Shown one piece after another: positions 23,300 through 38,400 of a stretch of 58,001 bases of DNA. The notes beneath the pieces are model-generated. The model was given only the letters and a program-made list of their open reading frames with translations, was not told the DNA's origin and searched no databases. Origin of the DNA: Aplysia californica (Eukaryota); NCBI RefSeq assembly GCF_000002075.1, contig NW_004797381.1, forward strand, positions 80,620 to 138,620, in the 5' to 3' direction. How positions within the stretch are numbered: position 1 is the stretch's first letter; every line of letters begins with the position of its first letter. The position numbers and the translations under genes are program-made.

Positions 23300-24058
23300 G
23301 TTGTCGACGCTCGCAACTGCATAAGGTCATAATATGAAAGCGCGGGACACATAAGCATTTTCAGATTTGAAGGGATTCATTTTGAATTTTGCTCGAGAGC
23401 CGGCTAAAGCTTACTCTCATTCTTAGGTCCTATTAATTTTAGGACCACCAAGGGATCTTTTTTATGTGTGCAACTTGCACACGAGACCTCCGAGATTTTT
23501 TCGCCCGTATCCGAGAAGGACACGGGTAAGATCTTTGGCTTTCTCACTGAGAAGGCCTAGGTTAGATCTTATCTACCCTAAGATCAGGGGTGTGGCTGAA
23601 AGACAGCATTAAGAAGGAGTCAAGTAGCAGTAGAAAGGCTGCAGAAAGAGTCATGAGCCCAGAGGAGGGGGCAAAAAGGGGCGGGTCAAAGGGGGGGGGG
23701 AGAAGGGCAGAAAATGGAGACGAAATTTGAAGACAGAACATGGTTAGGGAGCAGGAAAGGAGGAAAAAGAAGAACATTTTGGAGATTAAAATTTTCCTTC
23801 GCTGTCAGGTTTCGAACCCGGGACCTGTCCCCGTCGTTTTATGCAAGAAAAATTCTGAAATTATGCAAACTGAGCCCAAAAATGAGAAATTATGCGAATT
23901 TGTTAATTTTAACAAAGAATGATAAAGGAAAATAATCAGAAATTAGACAAAAAAGGATCAAATTTTGCTAAATTATGCGGGGTGCATAAAACCACGGGGA
24001 CAGCCCGGGACCCATTGAATGAGAGGTGAAAACCGTACCTCAAGACCTATAGAGCCCT
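23300..24058 (-). mobile_element. Deu/Nin-like SINE copy 4 (contains MITE)
   Basis: Colinear with 5443-5962, with a short internal duplication and the 23825-24003 insertion. Confidence 0.8.
23825..24003. mobile_element. MITE with 8-bp TSD nested in a SINE head
   Basis: TIR CTGTCCCCGTCGTTTTATGCA / TGCATAAAACCACGGGGACAG; TSD CCCGGGAC at 23817-23824 and 24004-24011. Confidence 0.85.
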
Positions 24059-24177
24059 CCTCTCTCTTCAACAGGGCTGTCAGTAGTTTGACTCATAAAA
24101 AAGAGCACCTTGACTCTTTAACGTTCATTTAAAGTAAGGAAAGAGTAAGACATACACATTAAAAAAAAAAATTTAAG

Positions 24178-24570
24178 TAGAGGGTTTTACGGCGCTCGCA
24201 ACAGCATATGGTCATATGAGCACCAAGGGGTGGGTGTCAACAGAGAAGTCCTTACAGGGAATCAGACTTACTCTGCTCACCTCTTTGGCTTCAACAGCAC
24301 AAGGTCTGCTTCGACTATCAAGGCACCCCGGAAATAGCGGGTCACAAGAGTGATAAATATAAAAAAAGAAGTAGAGGAAAATGACAATAGTACAATAGTA
24401 AGGATAAGGAAAGAAAAAGCAGCAGTTCCCTGTTGCAGATCAGGCACAGTTATGAGCGTGACATGATGAATCAGCCCATTTACAATTCTACTGTGCTGGA
24501 ACGAGAAATGTCCCCCCTTTGGGAATGGCCTGAAGACACTAGTCAGTGGCACCGCCTCGGGGGGTACAGA
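24178..24570 (-). repeat. Family B repeat, copy 2
   Basis: Colinear with 42343-42730. Confidence 0.8.
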
Positions 24571-27203
24571 CAAAAACAACACAGCGAAAGTAAAGAAGTA
24601 GGAACAACCAGCGGCGCCCTCAAATTTCCCACGGTACATTGTGTACAAATTCATTGATGGCAGTCTCATCTTGTGGAATAGAATGAAGATGGCAGGCTCA
24701 TTGATTGAGCAAGTTTGAGGGAAGAGAAGCACATTGACACAGTAACAGTCATTTAGTGAATGAAAAAAAAAGACAGTTGAGATAGAAATGGTACTAAAAA
24801 CCGTCTACTCACTAGGACAGAAAAAACAAATCAGAAGGAGAGGAGAAAAGTTTCCCTATCCGCCCCCACCCCCTTTCAAACACTAACAGATACACATAAT
24901 ATACACACACAAAAACTGAAAAGTTCCCTCCCTATGTCCAACCAAGAGGGAGAGAATCAATACGCTCTGGCCAAAAAAAAAAAATATATTAACCAACAAC
25001 AATTTTGAACATTTTGAAATTTATTTCAGTAAAAACATACATGGGTATATTAAAAAAAAAAGACCAGAGAGAAAAAGGACAATTGGTCCTTCATTGTTTC
25101 TCACGTTATAAATAAAATTTTCAAAGAAAGAACATGTCCAACTGTGATTCTCTATACATGCCAAATATGGTTTGGTTTTTCCTTTGTTGTGAGGAACAAA
25201 TCGTGTGTGTAGAGAGAAGACACAAAAAGTAATGGGTCCATAAGAAAGGTAGAAACAATAAACAAAGGCCCCTCCCAACCCCGAGCCATCATGTACTTGG
25301 ATTATGCTTATCATCAGAGAGTTGTGCCCAATACACGTATGAGCTTGTAGCTACATCATATGGCTAGGTGAATGTAAAATTGTACATACATTTGTAAAAT
25401 TCCAGCTCCTTTCATTAACAGTTTCTGTCAGGAGATGAAAGGTCGTGACATCTGCATGGCCACTGTGACAATACAAGATCTCTACTATAGAAATTAACAT
25501 CACTGTCATCAATGTAACTGTGGGAGATTGTCAGTACATGTAAAAGGCAGAAACTCTGAATGTTCACGTATGGCAGTAAATATACATAAACATAAAGTAC
25601 ACAGCAAAACAACATTGCTCAAATGAAAAAAAATTTAAAAATACCATGCAGTAAAGTCACCTCTATAAAAATTTTGTCGTAAATATTTCAAGATCCCATT
25701 GATATTATTTAGACCATTTAAGAGGCGGACTGCATAGAATCTGCATGTAAGGGCCAATCCCAGATAGAATACTACCCAGCAGAAAGACAGGTGCTAAAAA
25801 AACCCCAACAAGGTAATTAATCTCACACCTTTAGCACATAAGGTGTCGAGCCTCACCATTTATTCCAGACGTTTTGTAACACAGACAAGCACAGCAGCGC
25901 AATGTTGATAATCATAGAGAGGAAGCAGAAGCTAGATGAGGGTGGAAGAATNNNNNNNNNNNNNNNNNNNNNNNNNNNNNNNNNNNNNNNNNNNNNNNNN
26001 NNNNNNNNNNNNNNNNNNNNNNNNNNNNNNNNNNNNNNNNNNNNNNNNNNNNNNNNNNNNNNNNNNNNNNNNNNNNNNNNNNNNNNNNNNNNNNNNNNNN
26101 NNNNNNNNNNNNNNNNNNNNNNNNNNNNNNNNNNNNNNNCAGAGAATTCTATGAACTGTAGAAAAAACAGAAAGATGTACCCAAAATCAACCTCATCCTT
26201 TGTCCACGGCTCAGATTAGTAAAATTTTACAGAATAAATAATAATCCAAGCATAAAAAATAGCCTACAAATGAAGCTGGAATGTGAACCCATGAAGTGCG
26301 GTCCCCAAATTAATCAAGAAACACAACAATTCTGTACAGCTAGCAAATCCAAAAATTGAGCAGCCAACCCTATCCTTCCCTTCCCCCATCATTACGACCT
26401 GAAAAGAGCAGAAACAGACCTGCTGTATTCCAAACCAAAGCTTCCCTCCCATCTCTTCATTTCCTAAAAATTTGAACTAACAATAAGACTTGAACAGATG
26501 TACAATAGTATCAATAATTTTGTGTGAAAAAAAAAAACTATCCATGAAGAACACAGGAGAACATCCCCCCAAACCCCTCCTCTATCCCCCCCAACCTGAA
26601 CAGGATTATTTATTGACCATAAATATAAATCACAAGGCAGTGAATATAATTATATATAAATATACTCTACATTTGAAAAATTCAAAATGATAAAGACTAA
26701 ATATACCAGATATGCAACTGACATTATGACACATTGGGATTGGTAGGATATGAATTCATGAACTATACAGTTAACAAAACATGGAGGGGGAAAAAGAAGT
26801 AGTCTTCAGTGACCGCTTTGCAAAAATATAAAACAGAGAGAATCCAGTGACATTGCAATGTGCTCACATTTTCATCCGAAACTGAAGTCAACAACTTATA
26901 ATGTACTAGACTCGTTCAATGAACAGACTCAATTGATTGTCAAGTCATTTTCATGCATGAGAAAAATCTCCAAATGATCAATTGAAAGGGAGAAGTATCA
27001 CCTGAAACTGAAAGAGAAATTTAGATTTAATCCTCTATCCCGCTTTCGTGGTTGTACACTCCAAAATTTCAAAGGGTGTGGAATCAGTGCGCACTACTTG
27101 TGAACGGAAGCCTCACTTGCTTACAATGGTGTCTTAGAAGACAGACTTTCCCAAGATTAGATCTAAACGAAACTAATGAAAAACTGAAAATTAAGCCACA
27201 GTG

Positions 27204-27540
27204 ATTCTTCTTCTTCTCGATCGCACACTTGAAGTCTGGTATCTGTCATAAATTGGGCCGTCCAGCTCAGTTCATCTGTCGGCCCATATAGCTTTTCTAG
27301 TAGTGTCAGTGGGGTTTGCCACATTTCCTGTCTCAGAGCCCTGAGTGTCTTGCAGTGCTGAAGGATGTGTTCAACAGTTTGGTCTGCCTCTCTACACTGG
27401 CATTTTGGTGATTGTACTAGTTTAAAACATCTGTACATATGTTGTCTCAGTCTTGTGTGTTGTGTTCTTAGTAGGAAGATAATCACTTGTTCTTGGCGGG
27501 ACAGCTCATGGTAGCTATCTCGTGTCTGAGGTGCTTTAAA
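27204..27540 (-). mobile_element. 3' fragment of a non-LTR retrotransposon (C-terminal CCHC region) with (GAA)n tail
   Basis: LSRQEQVIIFLLRTQHTRL...SPKCQC...QTVEHILQHC...LYG, followed by GAAGAAGAAGAA. The 5' side runs into a gap. Confidence 0.75.
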
Positions 27541-29469
27541 TAGTGTATTTATAATAGNNNNNNNNNNNNNNNNNNNNNNNNNNNNNNNNNNNNNNNNNNN
27601 NNNNNNNNNNNNNNNNNNNNNNNNNNNNNNNNNNNNNNNNNNNNNNNNNNNNNNNNNNNNNNNNNNNNNNNNNNNNNNNNNNNNNNNNNNNNNNNNNNNN
27701 NNNNNATCAGTTGTTCTAATAAAAGAAAAATCCACAATATGAAAAGAAGACGAGAAATATGATAAAATGGATTTTGTTTCAGAAATCTTTTGTCTCTTTA
27801 CCCAAACAACCAATACAGAAATGTAAAAAAATGAATAAGTGTCACTTACTGCTGAAACAGTAAGTATGTAATTCCTCATTTTTCACTGTAAGTTGACACA
27901 TTATGGTCTAAAAAAAAACCCCATGTACACACGCACGCACAACACACACACTTGCATGTTTTGTATGTATAAGTATAATTACCATTTCTCATTTCTAAAA
28001 GTTTCACCACATGGGTTTTGGCTGCTGATTAGGACGTTCTCTTCCAGCATTACATTTACACTATATATTATATAGGTAATGCTTTTAACTTCAGCAATAC
28101 CATGCATGCAAACACACATCATTCAAGAATGCAAACACACAGACACAATATGTAGTACAAACTCATCACTTATAAAATCTCAAATTTTAAAAATAAATGC
28201 AGTTGACCAATGTCATGGACTGTGACACAAACCTCAGGAAAGGCTATCACTCCATAAGCAAAAACAAGTTGGGCATTCATGGATTCACAGGAAGACAAGA
28301 GTACTGGATGCATTAAGCACCCAATAGTGAAAAAGCTCATGATAACAGTAACTGACAGCATTGAAAAGTTAACAGAGTAATAAGAAGTAAAATGAGTGTT
28401 TGCAAAATATTACATGAGTCCCATCAGTCACAGTGAGACAGAACCCTTCTAAAACAATTAGCAAAGCAAAACTTCAGGATGCAAGTCTGTGAGAGTGAGT
28501 CAATGCTGAATTTTTAACGGTGGAAAGATTTTCAGATAAAAATTTAACTATGCTTTATAACAGTGAGCAAATAAAAACAACATATTGACTGCTCAGTGTA
28601 AGACTGCGTAATACATCACTTTTCAGAATGGTGCATGGCAGAGTCTAACACTTAGTAGTTGATATAATCTCAATCAAAATTTCACTTTCAAAAGAAATTT
28701 TGTTCCATTAGTAAGCTCTCAGGTACAAAAGCCTCATTTTTACCGCTTGTAAGACCATGTATGTCATTGGGAAAAATGGCACGGCTGGCTGGAGTCGCCA
28801 GGTCATATGTGCAAGGACTGATATGATGCTCACAAAATATGTAAACAACAGAGATGTGAGTGCAAAGTCTAAGTGAACCAGTCAATCAAACGGTACTGGA
28901 TGTAAAAAACACATATATGTCAATATGGTGGACAAGCCATGACCATTAACAATTCATTCAAATTAGAGTTTTGACAAAAGGAGAAAAACGCATCAGGGAA
29001 TCAGCTTAGGTAGACGAATCAGTATTTCTCCTGTCTACATGATTTAAAAAAAAAGTAATGTCTTATTGAGGCCAATAAGGGTCACACGGCCCAGTTTCTA
29101 TGGCTTGAAGTGAAGCATGTGATACTTTATATTGTTAAACTCATGTGTCATGATTTTGGAAAACTTCTCATGAGAGATCTCAGCTGATAATATCATATGA
29201 ACAACAAACTCTTCTTTTATGTCAAGTAGACACTGGAGACAGAAGTGATATTTTCATGAGTTTTATCTTGAATCACTGCCAATTCCTTTAATATCATTAT
29301 CATTTTTTTTTCAACTTATATTTCGAGTGAAGCCAAACAAATGTATGCACAACAACTTCTAGTGCAGAGTTGATGTCAATCTATCCGTCTCTTTGGCCAC
29401 TGGATACTAACATTTTTCTTTTCTACATTCAATTCTGGACAACAGTAGCCAAGAACAACTTATAAATCT

Positions 29470-32400
29470 TTACTTCCTTTTATCTATTGAGTTCCTTACA
29501 AACTGGATGGTTTTGTAGGGGTCAATGTTCACATTTGATGCCTGAAACAGAGAAAAAAATAAAAAGACATATTACCACTGTTACACCACAATCGAGATAG
29601 CTGTCAATTTATCTTAAATAAGTCAGTTTCTTTACACAGAATTTATCTTGTTTTCTATATGGTGTGATATAAGCAAATGTTTCAAAAAGAGAAATGGAAA
29701 TTGAATACAAAAGAGATTAAAAGCAAACAATTAAATGAACAGCTGAAAGAACAGAAGAACACAATTCATTATCAAAAGACCAAAAAAAAAAAAAAAAAGA
29801 ACCTTAAAGAAGCCGATGAGAGAGTTTATCATATAATGACAACAAGATATATAATAATAACAGGAAATAAGAACAGTTGCAAACACTAACATGTAATCAT
29901 AGGGCACCTTGATGCAGGCTGGGTCCCGTTCAAGCTTGTTTGGCAGTAGTCACCTATGTAAAAGTTTCCCCTGATTTTTCTCTCCCTTTTTTAAAATAAA
30001 CTTGTTTCATACTGAATTTAAATAATTTAGGAGTTGGGCTTTGACCCTGCTTGTCAGGACCAACCCGACCTGAAAGGGATACAACATCCTAGCGGAAAGA
30101 CCAATATATATTCGATTAAAAATTCTCCCCATGAATTGAACTTAGATCTCCTGCGTGCAACAGAGAAGTGCTTAACGACCACACCGCAGATGCCAGTAAA
30201 TTTTCTCAAGAGGAATAACTTACCAAAAAAAGCTCAAAGCTGCTTATGTCTGTCCTTATCTCTGTGACTGCTCCTCGAGTAATGACACGAGCATATGCTG
30301 GTAATCTGCCCTTAGAGGTATCCTGGGGGAAAAAAAGACCTCTTGTCAAAAACATTTCACATCAACAAAATGAGAGAGAGTGCACTAATATTGAAGCAAG
30401 TGTTGAAAACAAAGTGTAAAGTTTCCTTGAGAACTGCAAGTTTATTTTATTAATATCAAACATTTTTTTGGGGGGTCAGCAGAGCAAGTCCCATCATTTC
30501 TAGGTATTGAGTTGTTGGCAACACCAAGACTGCATAATACAATAAATAATTATAACATGCATGTTTGATTGGGTTAGTACTGACTGACTTTACATAAAAA
30601 GTTTTTGGTCCTTTTCTTGCTTTTATGAACAAGTAAATCTGTTATTTCATCATTCTCCCCGTGAAAAATACCCTAAACAAATGCGATTCATCACTACTAC
30701 TATCATATCATCGGTGCATTTGGCTGTCCACGTATGGAGCATTCAGATACTTTTGAGAAAATGTGAACAACATTTTTTGTTAGTCTAATATGAGTTTTAG
30801 CGTCTTGATTTTTTACGATTTATATTTAAGCTGTCATGAAATATTGATGCAAAGAAAACTGTAAGAGCTGGTTTTTAAGTCAAATGCCTTAAGATGGGAG
30901 TTAAATTTTTTTGTTCCATACACGGATAATGAACTGCAACAATGATATATGTGAATGGTGCTGACGAAATGAGTTACTTCTCGGATTCGAGCTCAATGGA
31001 AATCGCTACATCACGCTTATAGGTGAAGTTTTTACAATTTATAAATATGAAATAATATAAGGCATGTTATACTTAATGAATGTGACATCAATGGAAAATC
31101 TACAAATGTGACCCTAGTGTCGATTTTTTGCCAATATCTCCATTTGTGGATTGTGAGAAGTAACTCATTTTGTCAGCACGTCTCACATATAGTTATTAAA
31201 TACGGATGTCAAAATATTTTTTATCACACAGTATCACATGCAGCCACAGTACCAGTAGAGTAAGAGTAAGTGCACACAAGTGTATGGATGTTCATGCAAG
31301 GATGTAGGTCTGCATAAACATGCGAAAGCACACACAACATATGTATCTAAAATAAATCTATGGTTGCCTCATTGCCATGGACTTAATCAACTAAACTACA
31401 ATATATCAAAAGAAAACTCACAAAAGGTGGTAATCCCATGCCCATAGAGTAGCACATTTTCCCCAGGTCATCGATGAAAGCTGAAAAACAAAACACAAAG
31501 TGCTCATAAAAGAAAACTTTATTAAAAACAAGTGCTTGAAAGTGTAAAAACGAATGCAAATGTATGAGAGGCTCTGTGTAGATGCTTGCCAATATTTATG
31601 TGATGGTTGGAAAAATCAGATGGAAGATGCACTGACCAGCCTAGAAATCACGAAATAATTTTGATCAAATTTGCATACTCATTGTTTTCAATACTTTTAT
31701 TCAGCTGAAAGTTGTAATGATGATACCACAAGTCTTTGAGTACCACCCCACCCCCCCCCCAAAAAAAAAAGAAAGAAAAAACCCCAAACAAAAACCCAAC
31801 CCCTTCAAAAAAGAAACAAAAACCCAACAAAAAACAAAAAACCCCAAACATTTAAAGTGCTGACTAGCTCCGGCAGTATGCCTTCTCAAAGCAGACCTAC
31901 ATGTTTGTTAAGGCTATAACTCTTTTGGTGGTGAAGACAAGACAGCATTTGCTGAGCTGACACAGCTTGTCCCAGGGTGACAAACATAGCATACGCTGTG
32001 CTCCCACTTATCAAACTGGTAGTCTAGTTTTGAGAAACACTGATGTGGTTAAAGTGGGAAAATAACACTGAAAGTTATTCCTAGAGAGTTCCACTTTCAT
32101 TTTTCACACAGCTTGTGAACATAATCCATTTCTGAATGACCCCAGGTCTAATTTTCGACATTTAGTTGTTTCTTTTTTGTCAACAAAATGAAAACATGGT
32201 TGCACTAACAACTACTGTACATGATTCTGATACAAATATACAGCATTTTCCCTTTGAAATGTGACAAGAAGACTGAAAAGATGAAATAGACATCCACATT
32301 GTAGATGATATAAATATTGTTAACCAAGATACGCTTTGACAGACTGACTCAAACAGTGTCTCTGAAGACGAAACAGTTGACTCACCTCCGCTTGATAACA

Positions 32401-35400
32401 CAAAATTGCTATAGCCACTCATGGGAGAACCCAGTGTGAAAACAGATCTTATGTATTTCCTGTTTTGTTTTTTTCCTTCAAACATAACAATTACTACCAT
32501 GTTGACACAATTTTCCCATAACTTAAAAATATTGGCACCAAATCAGTACACGGGAACAAAAAAAAAATAATTAAAGAGTACCTCTGGGGTGCTAAAGTTG
32601 TTGATTGATAAGTGAACTCAGCTGATCGGGCACACAAATAAAGTTGAACAATATCCGTGATATTGCTTCAAAATCGAATGTTTAATGGGCTCAGTCCATG
32701 ACAAAAACGCAACAACGCTAGCTCGATTTAAATTTCTATGTGGTAATGAAGAAAGACAATAAAAACTGGTGGTCATTTTCAACACAGCGATTTACCTCTA
32801 AGCACAAAGTACAGTAACTTGTAAAAGTCTTCAGATGGCTTCTCTGCCATTATCACCACTTCGTGATCCTTCCTCGGAACCTAGGAGAAAGGAGGAAAAA
32901 ATGGATGAAAGCCATTTCAAAACTGAATTCATTTGAGAAAATTTGTACATGGTCATTGCGAAATTTCCCCTTCATCTTTCAGGGTAAATAATGTGATTTT
33001 GCACAATTTCTATAGCTTTGTACAGACTAAAGCCATATGTTTTTTAACTCTATATATATCCGAAAGAGGTAAATCCACTACATCGGGGCCCTTTTTTGGT
33101 GCTAAATCTAAAAATGACAAAAATGTCAATAAATGGGTCATTAAATCGAAACTAGCAAACCTTTTTAGATAGTTTTTCATCTTATGAATGAACTTCCTGC
33201 ATAAGAGACCTGTTTTAGGCAACTGCTGAAAGGTAACTTGATGTCGAAGTCACCGTAAAGGAATGTGCCCGAGCCGTGACGGCTCATCGGCACAGTGGTT
33301 CCGGCCGCGAGCCGCTGGGAGCGGCTTGCCACAGATAAAGAGTTAAAAAGGGTGAAAAATGTATCTATCATGTTTCTTATGGGTTCTCCTCTTTCTTTTG
33401 TGTTGCTTGAACAAAGACTTAAAATGCATCACAGATTTCTTATTGAATGTTGTAATTTGTCTTATAAAAAGGTCAGATATTTTATTGCATTCCCACATTC
33501 ACTTCATTGCACATTTTTTTGCTTCTTCTTGACCGGTCAGTTTATGCAACAGATCATCTCAAGTTCCGTTGCAAACCAATAGGCACATCCTTTCACATTC
33601 CCACATTATGAGTCTTCCAAAGCTAAGCTTACAAAGTCAAACTTGCTGCTGGGAATTTAACTTGCTAACTTTCAACAGCCAGCTCAGTGTCTTAAAAATT
33701 AGAATTGAATAGATTGAATGAAATCTACAATGTCTTCGTAAGATTATGATTAAATCAATTGAAATCAATTATGATAATAATATTAATAATGACAGGCCCT
33801 AATAATAGTAATAATAATAATAATTGCATATTTACATAGAACATAGCCACAATCAACAGCATGCTCTATATGCTTTACAACCATTATTACCCCAGCAGAC
33901 TGTAGAACACTCATAAACATTCTCAGCTTCCTGGGAAGCATACAGTGCAACCTGCCGGTTGCACACGCTCCAATACAAACTGACAAGATCTTTCACTCTC
34001 TGTCTCCCTGACCTGTTGAGTACGGAGACTAGCTTCAACTCACCAGGCTAGCAAAGGCCACAGCGTCACCGTAAGTGGCAGTCAGGTTAAGCACAGAGTA
34101 CATGGTGACCAGGTCGGAGAAATAGTTGCTGTTGAATTCATCGTTGTAGTCCTGGGCTCCGTCTCGCCACACCTCCACTTCACCTGATGGATAAAAACAT
34201 TACCAGATCCTTCGAATACAGTCTGTTGAATTTGATTTAAAAGAAGCATTTCGACAAAATAACTGTCTATCGGTGCAGGAAAGAAGCAAGACAGATAAAC
34301 AGAGACAATAGAGGGAGAGAAAAGAAGTAGGATGTACAAGTGGTGCCCTGCTTTAACAACCAACTGTCCAAGACTATCACCTGTAGAAATGATCACTTCC
34401 CACTTTGTCCCTTGTATTTTTTTCCATATGTGAGGCAGCGTGGTGGAATCAGGCTCTCGTCAATTTTTGGACATGTAGAGTTATTGGTTTCATCTTAAAG
34501 CTTGTTTACTTGTCTTTATTTTGATGAAAAAAAGATCCATTTATCTTGAATACAAGTCGAGATATTTGCGAAAGAAGGAGGAGGGGGTCACCTGTTTTCC
34601 TAGGTAAAATAAGTGAGAAAATGGCCGCCAAAGATTAGTTATTTCCGTAGCTTAAGAGTCCGTGGTAATTGAAATTTTACATTTTTTTAATCAACGTTTT
34701 TAAAGAAAATTTCACACAGAATTGGGTTCTTTATTGGGCATGAAAGGTGTTGAGCGAAAAAAAAAAATTTGATAAAAATTCACCAAGCTGCGGAAAAATG
34801 CAAGTTTCTTTACTTTGATTTGTTTTACTAGAGCCTGATTCCACCACGCTGCCTCACATATTTTAATGACACTGTCCAAGAGGACCACCTGTTCAAGAGG
34901 ACAACTTTTCTCCGCAACAACGGTGGTCATCGTCTTGGACAGGGGCAACTGTTTTGCTCCAAAATGCAGAGATAAACAATACAATTTTCAACAGCTTCCT
35001 TAACATGACAAACAAACCTGTCAACCCATGGATGGGCTAAAATAGGAGATTTCCCCAGAATCCTCCCTAAAAATCAGGGTTTGGGAAAAAAGATTGTAGT
35101 CTCCAGAACCCAAGAAGATTCAGATTACATTACAAATCAGTTGTGGCAAATAAACAATTTGCACCAATAAAAATGTGTGTTGTTGCGACATAAGTCATGC
35201 AAATATTACAAATAAACTCAAAATAAACCCGTGGATGTTCACGTCATTTATGATAAGTTGCGAAAAACCAATAGAAACGGAATTCCAGAAAAAAAAAAGA
35301 TTTTATGCAAATTTGATAATCAGGGTTCTTCTACAATAAAAATTTTCTTTTTAAAATTGAAGGGCTCCAATTTTATCACAGTGCTTGGCAACACTGTTGT

Positions 35401-38400
35401 AAAACATAGATATTTCCAAAATGAAAGCATACTTCTTTTATTCACCTTCTTCTCTTACTCCCCCCCCCCTCCCCCAATTTAAATTCACCTTTTTCTTTAT
35501 TTCTTTTAAATTTTAAGTGTAAATTCATAACTTCATGTAAGTCAACACAGCTAAAAGAAAGGAGCTACATTAATGGGGGGAAAAAAAGATATGGGACTTG
35601 CCACAGACAAAAACCATCTGTAGAAAACAAGTGGGACTTATTCAGTTTCTAAATGCTGCTTAAAAGATTTTATCTAATTATTTTATTTGAAAGAAAACTA
35701 TTTTTAGAAAAGAACTGATGGATTTCTCTGTTTTCTTTTCTTCGAAGGCAAATAATAATTGTTATTCTAAACAAAGCTCTTCAGAAAAAGCCTGATAACT
35801 CCCCCTGGTGAGAGTCTTTTGTCTAAATTGTATACACCTCACAACTAGAAACAAACAAACAGATGTGATCGTGGAGATAAGACAATGTTATGATGCAACC
35901 TCTTTGGGAAAAAACAGATGCAATATAATATGCTTCTCTCAAAGAATGCAAGATGACGTGATTCATTTAGCAAACAGTTGAACTTTCAAGCTGTGTGGTA
36001 CAGGCAGGAAGTCTAAAGCCAAGATATTAACAATTTTGTTACATCAGGGATGCCATTGGGATCTTGTAAAAATAACTGAAAATTTACGAAGTTGCATTTG
36101 CAAATAAAAAGACAAGCTATAGACACAACTAATATGAGGTCAAACAGAAAACAAATGCTGAGAACAATAACTGCTCTTCTAACCTACTTTCTGTGAATGT
36201 AATGGAAAATAGGGGAAAAATGGCATCCCTGTTTCCAGAGCTGTTAAAGTAGCCTACAGTACTTTTTAAAAAGTACTTAAGTACAAATTTAAGTACAATC
36301 TAAAAAATGTACTTAAGTACAGTAAAAGTACTTTCCTGTAAAATGTACTTGAGTACAAGTACTTTTTAAAAAAGTACTTATGAGTACATTTTGGGTACTT
36401 TCTGCTAATAAGCTAAGACACTTCAGTGCTAATGCAAAACATTATATTGAATAACATATCCAGTATATTTGGCAAATTAGACCATTTATTACTAAAAATG
36501 TAAACAGTATACAAAGCATTTGAATATACAATGTACGCACTGAACGTAGGTGGAAATGGTCTGTAAAATTGAAAAAAAAAACCCCCGAACAAACAGTCGC
36601 AACTAGTGGGTAAGTGATATTATGAATAGAACTTGTTTGAGCTAGATAATGTGATCAAATGTAAGTCTGTCCAAGAGGTCGGAAAGTTCTACAAAGAAAA
36701 TGTAGATACAAAGTTGCTCTTAAGAAAACATAAAATGGATGAAAATGGCCAGCACAGAAATGGAAAAGGGCATTGAATTCTTCATTAACAAATCCTCAAG
36801 GAATCAAAGTAGCCTTAAGCAAAAACAGCCCCAAAATTTTTTTACAAGAAATTTAGGTAGCCTCAAACATTGTTACATATACATTGAGAACTCAGTTTCA
36901 GTTTCAATTGATTAGTGGTAAGACAGATTTTGGTCACACTGTGTAGTCCACAGTGCCCACGGCAAACCAAAATACATGTAGTTTCCTAGAATCTAGTAAG
37001 TGTAGAGTAACCAAAGATTCTCTACTACAAGAGCCTCTGCCTGAGATCCCAGTGCTTGGAAGCAAGGAAAATACGGGAATTTAGCCGACGAAGCCAAGGA
37101 AGAATGTACAGTGACCCAAGAACTGGCATGATCCCTGGGTGGGTTTATGACATATGGCGAGCAAAGAGTGGTCAACCTTGATGACCTATCACAGTGGCAT
37201 GAGGCATGCCATGTACACTCATTAGCCTATCGTGAGTCTTGAGATCTGTATCTACGTTTATCCCAGTTGTCCCTCCCCTTTACCTGTCCAACAATTTTAG
37301 CTTTCCATCTCTGATTGAGTACCCCCGCCTTTGTCGTTATGCACCATTGCGTTGTGACCACACCAATTAAAATTCAGGCCGTCTCGCAAATTCGGGAATA
37401 AAGAAAAACTGCTTTCAATGGTTAGGGAAGAGTTTACAGTTCGATGTGATCCCGCCTGGAGCGAACTTGTAGGCCATACCCACCCAGTGAGTGATCATTG
37501 CCTTTCAGATAATGTAGGCCATGGAGTGATGTAAGTTTAGGTGGTGAGCTCAGATGCGAGTGCGATGTTTCGGGAAAAGAAACGCACCGGTCAGTTCACA
37601 CCTCAGTGTGATCCCGTCAGCGGCAAACACTGTGCCGTTTCATGGAGTTTTACAACGCTTATGATCACATTCACAAGAGTGGCTGATCTTTGACACGACG
37701 GGCTGTTCTTTGATCTCAACTTGGTTGATCGGCTGTTACCGCACTGGGGTTTATACTGTAAATTATGATCAGAAATGCCGGCACTTACCCTTTCATTAAG
37801 CTTCAAAAGTACTCAAAATATACTTAACAAATACTCAAAAGTACTTTTATAAAAAGTATCGGAGTACAGTAAAATTACTAGTTTCAAAAATGTACCGGAG
37901 TACAGTAAAAGTACCCAAAATTGTAATGTAAGTACAAGTACCGGAGTACCTGTACTCCGTTACTACCAGCTCTGCCTGTTTCATGACATTCTTTCTTCCA
38001 ACAACAATTCCTTGTAATGCAGCAGCTTTTTTTTTGTTTTAGAAAGGTTTTACGGTGCTTGCAACTGCATAAGGTCATATGAGCACAAAGGGGTGGATGT
38101 TAACAGTGAAGTCCAAATGGGGAATCAGGTTAACTCTGCACACCTCTCTAGCCTCAACAGCACAAAGACTGCTTCGATTATCAAGGCACTCTGGAAATAG
38201 CAGTTTACAAGAGAGCGACAAACATACGAAAGAAAAAGAGTAAAAATGATGATAGTAAGGATGAGGAAAGAAAAAGCAGCAGTTCCCCCTCTGTTGTTCG
38301 GGCACAGTATGAGCATGACAGTGATAAATTAGCCCATTTACAATTCTACTGTGCATAAGAACATGTTTATATTCTCCCCTTTGGGAATGACATCAGTCAG

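Noticed and set aside
32900-33347. Possible piggyBac end (…AAAGAGTTAA)
   Set aside because: I could not find a matching opposite TIR.
36260-36400. Regularly spaced AAGTAC repeats as a CRISPR-like array
   Set aside because: Short subterminal repeats of a hAT element in a eukaryotic context; no repeat-spacer structure.
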